Assembly (NCBI GenBank): GCA_028865725.1
Contig: JAGWJP010000002.1
Span: 104,050-168,049, forward strand
DNA from: Patescibacteria group bacterium
GTDB lineage: Bacteria > Patescibacteriota > Minisyncoccia > UBA6257 > JACRHW01
Length of the DNA: 64,000 nt
Reading direction: 5' to 3'
Position 1 is the first letter of the stretch, and each line of letters starts with the position of its first letter. The translations under genes were made by a program, and so were the position numbers. Under the pieces are notes generated by a model, which was not told where the DNA came from, searched no databases, and saw only the letters and a list, made by a program, of their open reading frames with translations. Shown one piece after another: positions 59,784-64,000 of the stretch.

Positions 59784-59869
59784 CTCAACCCTCAAATCTA
59801 CTTCCTCCCCTGACTTCGCTATGCCGTGCCAGAGGAGGAAGTCATTAAATACACAACACGTGTAAAAAA

Positions 59870-60715
59870 TTAGTTGTCACTACTCCTGTTACCATCTTCC
59901 TGCTGACGTTGTGTCTTGTCTGATTCTGTCTCGCTGTGTAACGGTTGAGAGGATGAACTTGTAACATCTTTTCCGTCAATCTCCGGATTATCTACTCCAT
60001 CTAAGGAGTCAGGGATCCCATTATGATCAGAATCCCCTTTTGCGCACTGGTCTTCAATATATTTGCGACTCATGGGTCCAAAATAACCAGTTGACGGAAT
60101 ACCATATTTCTCCTGAAACTTTTTTACTGCATCTGCGGTAAGAGGACCAAAATATCCCGTAATGAGGTTTCCAGAAAAAAGAGCCGGATCGCCTGCAAGA
60201 ACTTTTTGAAGATCCTCCACATCGCCTCCGTGATCACCTTGATGAAGATCTCCATTAAAACTAAAACACGGGGTTGAGGTGGAAGTAGTTGATGGTGTAT
60301 TTGTGGAAGATGCCTGTTCGCTGAGAAGTTGGGCAAGTTGCACCTTCAATGCTGCAATTTGATTAAGGATTGCTGTAATCTGATCCGCAGGCGAGGTGCT
60401 TGTAGTCGTTGGCTGCGGGATGGTGGTAGAGCAAGTAGTTGTTGCGACAGAAGAAGACGCATCGGTTACTTGGAGCATCATTGAATATGTCCCCGGATTT
60501 TCAGTAATAGTCTGCGTAGTTGAAGTTGCGCCATTACTCCATAAAAATGTGACAGGAGACGTCCCTCCTGTTGAGGAAGCTGTCCATGTTATCATGGTAG
60601 ACGTCGAGCTGCCGGCACACGAGGCGGACAATGTTGAGGCCATTGCAACAATCGGCAAGGCGGCAACAATCAGCACTCCCGCTAGAGATAAAAAAATCTT
60701 TTTCATACTATTCAT
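59870..60715 (-). CDS. Secreted Ser/Thr-rich protein with peptidoglycan-binding (PG_binding_1-like) domain
   Basis: 281 aa; signal peptide, long S/T-rich region, DVEDLQKVLAGDPALFSGNLITGYFGPLTADAVKKFQEKYGIPSTGYFGP resembles PG_binding_1. Confidence 0.6.
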   Translation of the reverse strand: MNSMKKIFLSLAGVLIVAALPIVAMASTLSASCAGSSTSTMITWTASSTGGTSPVTFLWSNGATSTTQTITENPGTYSMMLQVTDASSSVATTTCSTTIPQPTTTSTSPADQITAILNQIAALKVQLAQLLSEQASSTNTPSTTSTSTPCFSFNGDLHQGDHGGDVEDLQKVLAGDPALFSGNLITGYFGPLTADAVKKFQEKYGIPSTGYFGPMSRKYIEDQCAKGDSDHNGIPDSLDGVDNPEIDGKDVTSSSSQPLHSETESDKTQRQQEDGNRSSDN

Positions 60716-60907
60716 ATGATGTTATATTATTAATCTTTTATTTACCTATAAAGTTTACCTTGTTTGTAAACGCAACTCAATATGAACCAGCAGAAAAAGG
60801 CTCTTTGTGAGCTGTCTACTTGAGAACCCTAGCGTAAACGAAAAAACACTAGTATTTACCTTGCGTTCTCCATATCATCTAGTCCTAGAACTAGCTAACA
60901 ATCCATC

Positions 60908-61079
60908 TTGGCTCCGGCGGCAGGATGCGGTCACAACTTTTTCGCTACGCGAAAAGTCGCGACCCCGCCTCCCCATCGACAAGCTCAGGGTCCGGCTTTC
61001 GAATCCTGACGAAAGCAAATACATTTGCTTTCTCCTCCTCAAAACCAATACAAAATACCTCACAAGGAGGTATTTTGTA
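60908..61079 (-). mobile_element. tRNA-Asn-associated miniature element: 153-bp insert bounded by 19-bp direct repeat of the tRNA 3' end, core shared with tRNA-Lys locus
   Basis: TTGGCTCCGGCGGCAGGAT at 60908..60926 repeats 61080..61098 (3' end of tRNA-Asn incl. CCA). Core CGGTCACAA-hairpin-TCGCGACCCCGCCTCCCC...GGTCCGGCTTTCGAATCC. Includes an 18-bp terminator-like hairpin 61041..61080. Confidence 0.55.
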
Positions 61080-61080
61080 T

Positions 61081-61155
61081 TGGCTCCGGCGGCAGGATTC
61101 GAACCTACGACCATCTCGTTAACAGCGAGCCGCTCTACCACTGAGCTACGCCGGA
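61081..61155 (-). tRNA. tRNA-Asn (anticodon GUU), CCA encoded
   Basis: Minus-strand cloverleaf: acceptor TCCGGCG/CGCCGGA, D-arm GCTC-AGTGGTA-GAGC, anticodon loop CTGTTAA, T-arm GTAGG-TTCGAAT-CCTGC, discriminator G + CCA. Confidence 0.9.
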
Positions 61156-61289
61156 ATATGTAACGATAATACCTCATTATATACGGAACTACAAGTATAT
61201 TCTACGAACCTCTCGAACTTACGCCCGAGATTTCTTTCCATACCTACAAAAAATAAAAACCCCCGGCATACATGCCAAGGGAATACGAA

Positions 61290-63173
61290 TTACTTTTGAA
61301 TAGGGATCGTGAGAACCTTATCTTCATCCAAGATATAATCGGGGAGCGGACAGGAAAATATTTGAAGCTCCACTTCCTGGGTCTCCGTCTTACTTTCTCG
61401 GAACGGATCTAACGAAGGCACCGCTTCCCATGTTGCACTTTCTGATTCCACGGGAATTTTCCTTTCCCTATAGGGAAGCTCGGTGGGAGGATACACAAAT
61501 TGCACATACACTTTTTGCGGATCGCCTGCACCTCCGCCTCTGTTCAACAGTTGCTTGAGAAATTCGTCAGGCGTATCCGCAGTATGATTAATCCTATGCT
61601 CGGGATTCAAATCTCTGAATTGAGATCCCGATGCCACGCTGATGAGAAGCGACGGAATTGGCGAAGAAAAATCCAAGTTGTCAGGAACCCGAAATGGCAC
61701 CGTGAGCTTGTATTTTTTCTCCCCGCGAAAATCACGCCACAGGAGAAGCAGTTGGTAGTTTTCTCCGGCTTGTACCTCATCCACAGGTTTATGGTTCTTA
61801 TCCAAAATACAGCAGGAATCTACCCAGAGTTTTTTAACTCCTGAACGTACCGTCACCGCAATATCAACTTCCGCAATATTGAAATTCCATTCGCTTGCGA
61901 TAAGAGCGCCCACCCTCCCAGTAATAGTGCCAAAGAGAAGGGCAACAGGATCAACCGTAATGCCGCGTATATTCAACACAGGGGTGAGCAGCGCTGAATT
62001 CGAGAAAGAAAACGGTGTACGGTCTTTGAACAGCACCGATGTATCCATGCGCAAGGTCGATTCATTGCCGACCGAAATAATTGATTCCGAAAGATTTGAA
62101 AGACCCATCACCATAAGGAGGCGGGAGAGCGCTCTTTGCCGTACAACCCCAAAATGATACGCAGCGACCTTGCCATCAACATCCAGCTTCAACGAAACCG
62201 GCATCATGCAAGAATGATCCTCTGACCCATACCTTCCTTCAATGCCGAAAATACCATCTTTATAAATGGTACCAAAATGCTCAAGAAGCCGTTCCGGCAT
62301 TTTGTAGGAATCTGCATATCCAAGCGACGTTGTTGCGATTGAGGCATGATAGGCGGGCATCTCCATAGGACCAAGCCCGAGATCTGCAAGAAATGGGTGA
62401 CCAAATGCGACAAACCGGTTTGAAAGGGTATCCACATAAGTAATCGTCCCTGTTGCATACATCGTGAAGTCACCGTCCGCCAGGACTGCAGAGATTGCAT
62501 CTCCCGGTCGCGGTATGGCTTCTTGTCTCGACGTTTCGGATTGCGGAGCAGATATCTCATTGGCTTCCTTATGAATTACAAGCAGAGATCGTATTGCACA
62601 TCTCCCAAATCCCGGGAGCGATACCACGCTCTTTTTTTGGAAATGCCGCAGAAAATTATTTACATCAACCCCCGAAGCTTTAATGTGCAACGCCGCATTT
62701 TGGTCAAGCATATCCTGGATAGGAGTCACTCCCACAAGAAACTCACCCTTGGGAGCAAGTTGGTTCATTCCGTATGCATAGGCACCCAAAAGGCGCCATT
62801 CGCCTCTGACGTGCGCGTACACAGGAGATCCACTCATACCCGCCACCGTACAAACATGGGCAAGCGGCGGACCTACTCGGAATAACATAATATGTGCTTG
62901 GCTGATAAATGGATTTTCTACAGTTCCTGCATATGAGAGCAGGCCCGCTTCTCGCCTCGTTCCGTGCATGACAGAAAGACTGTAAGCATGCATCCCAAAA
63001 GTAAGATCCTTGTATGTTCCAAAATTACGAGTGATCCCATTCGTCGCATGAACCCACCTCATAAACTGAGCCTTCCCGTCTTTATGCGAAGAAGCAACGG
63101 GTCGATACGCAATTGCATTTCCATAAGAACACATCATCACCAAAAATGCGATTATCGATACCTTGAATCTCAT
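61290..63173 (-). CDS. Secreted serine peptidase-like protein (GMSGSP active-site motif, SpoIVB/S55- or trypsin-like)
   Basis: Signal peptide MRFKVSIIAFLVMMCSYGNAIA (start 63173 preferred over ORF-track 63341); TVAGMSGSPVYA resembles the serine nucleophile motif of SpoIVB/chymotrypsin-fold proteases; later GTITYVD..FGHPF segment. Confidence 0.5.
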   Translation of the reverse strand: MRFKVSIIAFLVMMCSYGNAIAYRPVASSHKDGKAQFMRWVHATNGITRNFGTYKDLTFGMHAYSLSVMHGTRREAGLLSYAGTVENPFISQAHIMLFRVGPPLAHVCTVAGMSGSPVYAHVRGEWRLLGAYAYGMNQLAPKGEFLVGVTPIQDMLDQNAALHIKASGVDVNNFLRHFQKKSVVSLPGFGRCAIRSLLVIHKEANEISAPQSETSRQEAIPRPGDAISAVLADGDFTMYATGTITYVDTLSNRFVAFGHPFLADLGLGPMEMPAYHASIATTSLGYADSYKMPERLLEHFGTIYKDGIFGIEGRYGSEDHSCMMPVSLKLDVDGKVAAYHFGVVRQRALSRLLMVMGLSNLSESIISVGNESTLRMDTSVLFKDRTPFSFSNSALLTPVLNIRGITVDPVALLFGTITGRVGALIASEWNFNIAEVDIAVTVRSGVKKLWVDSCCILDKNHKPVDEVQAGENYQLLLLWRDFRGEKKYKLTVPFRVPDNLDFSSPIPSLLISVASGSQFRDLNPEHRINHTADTPDEFLKQLLNRGGGAGDPQKVYVQFVYPPTELPYRERKIPVESESATWEAVPSLDPFRESKTETQEVELQIFSCPLPDYILDEDKVLTIPIQK

Positions 63174-63282
63174 GATGCACTCCTTGTGTTTTCTATGAGC
63201 TATATTGAGCCTAGTACAAACGTCCCCAAAATACAAGCGATCACCCAAGTGATCGCTTGTACCCCTACTCCCTGCTTCTCCC

Positions 63283-64000
63283 TTATAAGGTGGTCGTAGA
63301 TATTGTAGGATTCTCTTCAAAATCAACCTCACACACCCCACTTACGCATGCAAGCTCCTTTTTCACTTCGGTCATGTCCTCGTTTTCATACAAGACAAGC
63401 TTTGAAAAATCGATTTTGGGAAACTTGGCGCTAAGCTCTGCGTACTTTTCCGCGGTAATTTCTTCGTAGGGTGCAAGGCGGTAAACATGATTACTGCGCG
63501 GTAGGAATGAAAGCCCTCCGATCATGTCCCAATTTTCATGCACCCACGCCCCTACACGCAACCACTCATCTTCTCCCACCGAAATTGTCGTGGATGGATT
63601 ATGCTCGGTAAAATTTTCTTTTACCATCTTCCAGTACTCAAGCTGCTGCCATGCGCTCAAATCATCTTTATACACCGTTCCCTTTGCCGCAGGCGCTTTA
63701 ATCGGAAACTCAACCACATACGTTGTCGCGTTTTCTTTTGTCTGCCCCACTTCCGGTTCATAGGGCACACCCATATCGCGAAGCATCTTGAAAATAGGAT
63801 TATGCCCTTCAATACGCACGCGACGAATATAATAGCGCGCGTGACGAGGGTGCATACCAGATGAGGAATCAAAAAGTTGGGAGCCGTTACCTGACGGCTT
63901 TACGCATGTCACGGCTGCCGAACGATTAATACCAAACCGCTCTGCGTATTTACGATTGGTCTCGAGTGCGATCTCCTTCAACTTGCGAAACACGGATGCG
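63283..64000 (-). CDS. Ribonucleotide reductase C-terminal region (class II adenosylcobalamin-dependent type, tentative), 5'-truncated by window edge
   Basis: C-terminal ACVSGVCEVDFEENP Cys pair typical of RNR C-terminal redox tails; gene continues past position 64000. Confidence 0.45.
   Translation of the reverse strand, partial: ASVFRKLKEIALETNRKYAERFGINRSAAVTCVKPSGNGSQLFDSSSGMHPRHARYYIRRVRIEGHNPIFKMLRDMGVPYEPEVGQTKENATTYVVEFPIKAPAAKGTVYKDDLSAWQQLEYWKMVKENFTEHNPSTTISVGEDEWLRVGAWVHENWDMIGGLSFLPRSNHVYRLAPYEEITAEKYAELSAKFPKIDFSKLVLYENEDMTEVKKELACVSGVCEVDFEENPTISTTTL

Noticed and set aside
1-64000. CRISPR arrays, rRNA genes, intact IS elements, prophage blocks
   Set aside because: No regularly spaced direct repeats, no rRNA-like conserved segments, and no complete transposase or integrase with terminal inverted repeats were seen in the window.

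Overview
This 64 kb window is almost entirely coding (about 90 percent). Nearly every gene is on the minus strand and the sequence is roughly 45-50 percent GC. Its gene content fits a reduced, host-associated bacterium, possibly of the Patescibacteria/CPR type; that lineage call is an inference. Translation and core genes are confidently identified: sufS-like cysteine desulfurase, lepA, mnmA, efp, secD, secF, trmD, leuS, folD, glyA, a cold-shock protein, a TatD nuclease, an RNase J-like beta-CASP nuclease, the Mpg DNA glycosylase, a VKOR/DsbA pair, a Zn/Mn ABC importer, a heavy-metal P-type ATPase, and tRNA-Lys(UUU) and tRNA-Asn(GUU). Many small membrane or secreted proteins remain unassigned. 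Five things stand out. (1) A 0.9 kb segment of about 68 percent GC (12216-13125) carries one gene with actinobacterial-style codon usage. Next to it is a GIY-YIG nuclease gene bracketed by perfect 16-bp inverted repeats and driven by a consensus sigma-70 promoter. (2) A conserved roughly 75-bp core sits immediately downstream of both tRNA genes, and each copy ends in a 15-19 bp direct repeat of that tRNA's 3' end. This looks like miniature integrase-less att-flanked inserts (CIME-like) or a novel tRNA-linked structured RNA. (3) A DUF87/VirD4-like ATPase with a C-terminal zinc ribbon is clustered with a large membrane protein and a sigma-region-4/HARE-HTH protein. The same zinc-ribbon motif recurs as a standalone 64-aa protein. 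(4) Decay remnants are present: a frameshifted, 5'-truncated phosphohexomutase and a truncated DDE transposase flanked by paired repeats. (5) A UvrD helicase fused to a Cas4-like Fe-S nuclease lies beside a DEDD exonuclease. No CRISPR array, rRNA or intact IS element was seen.
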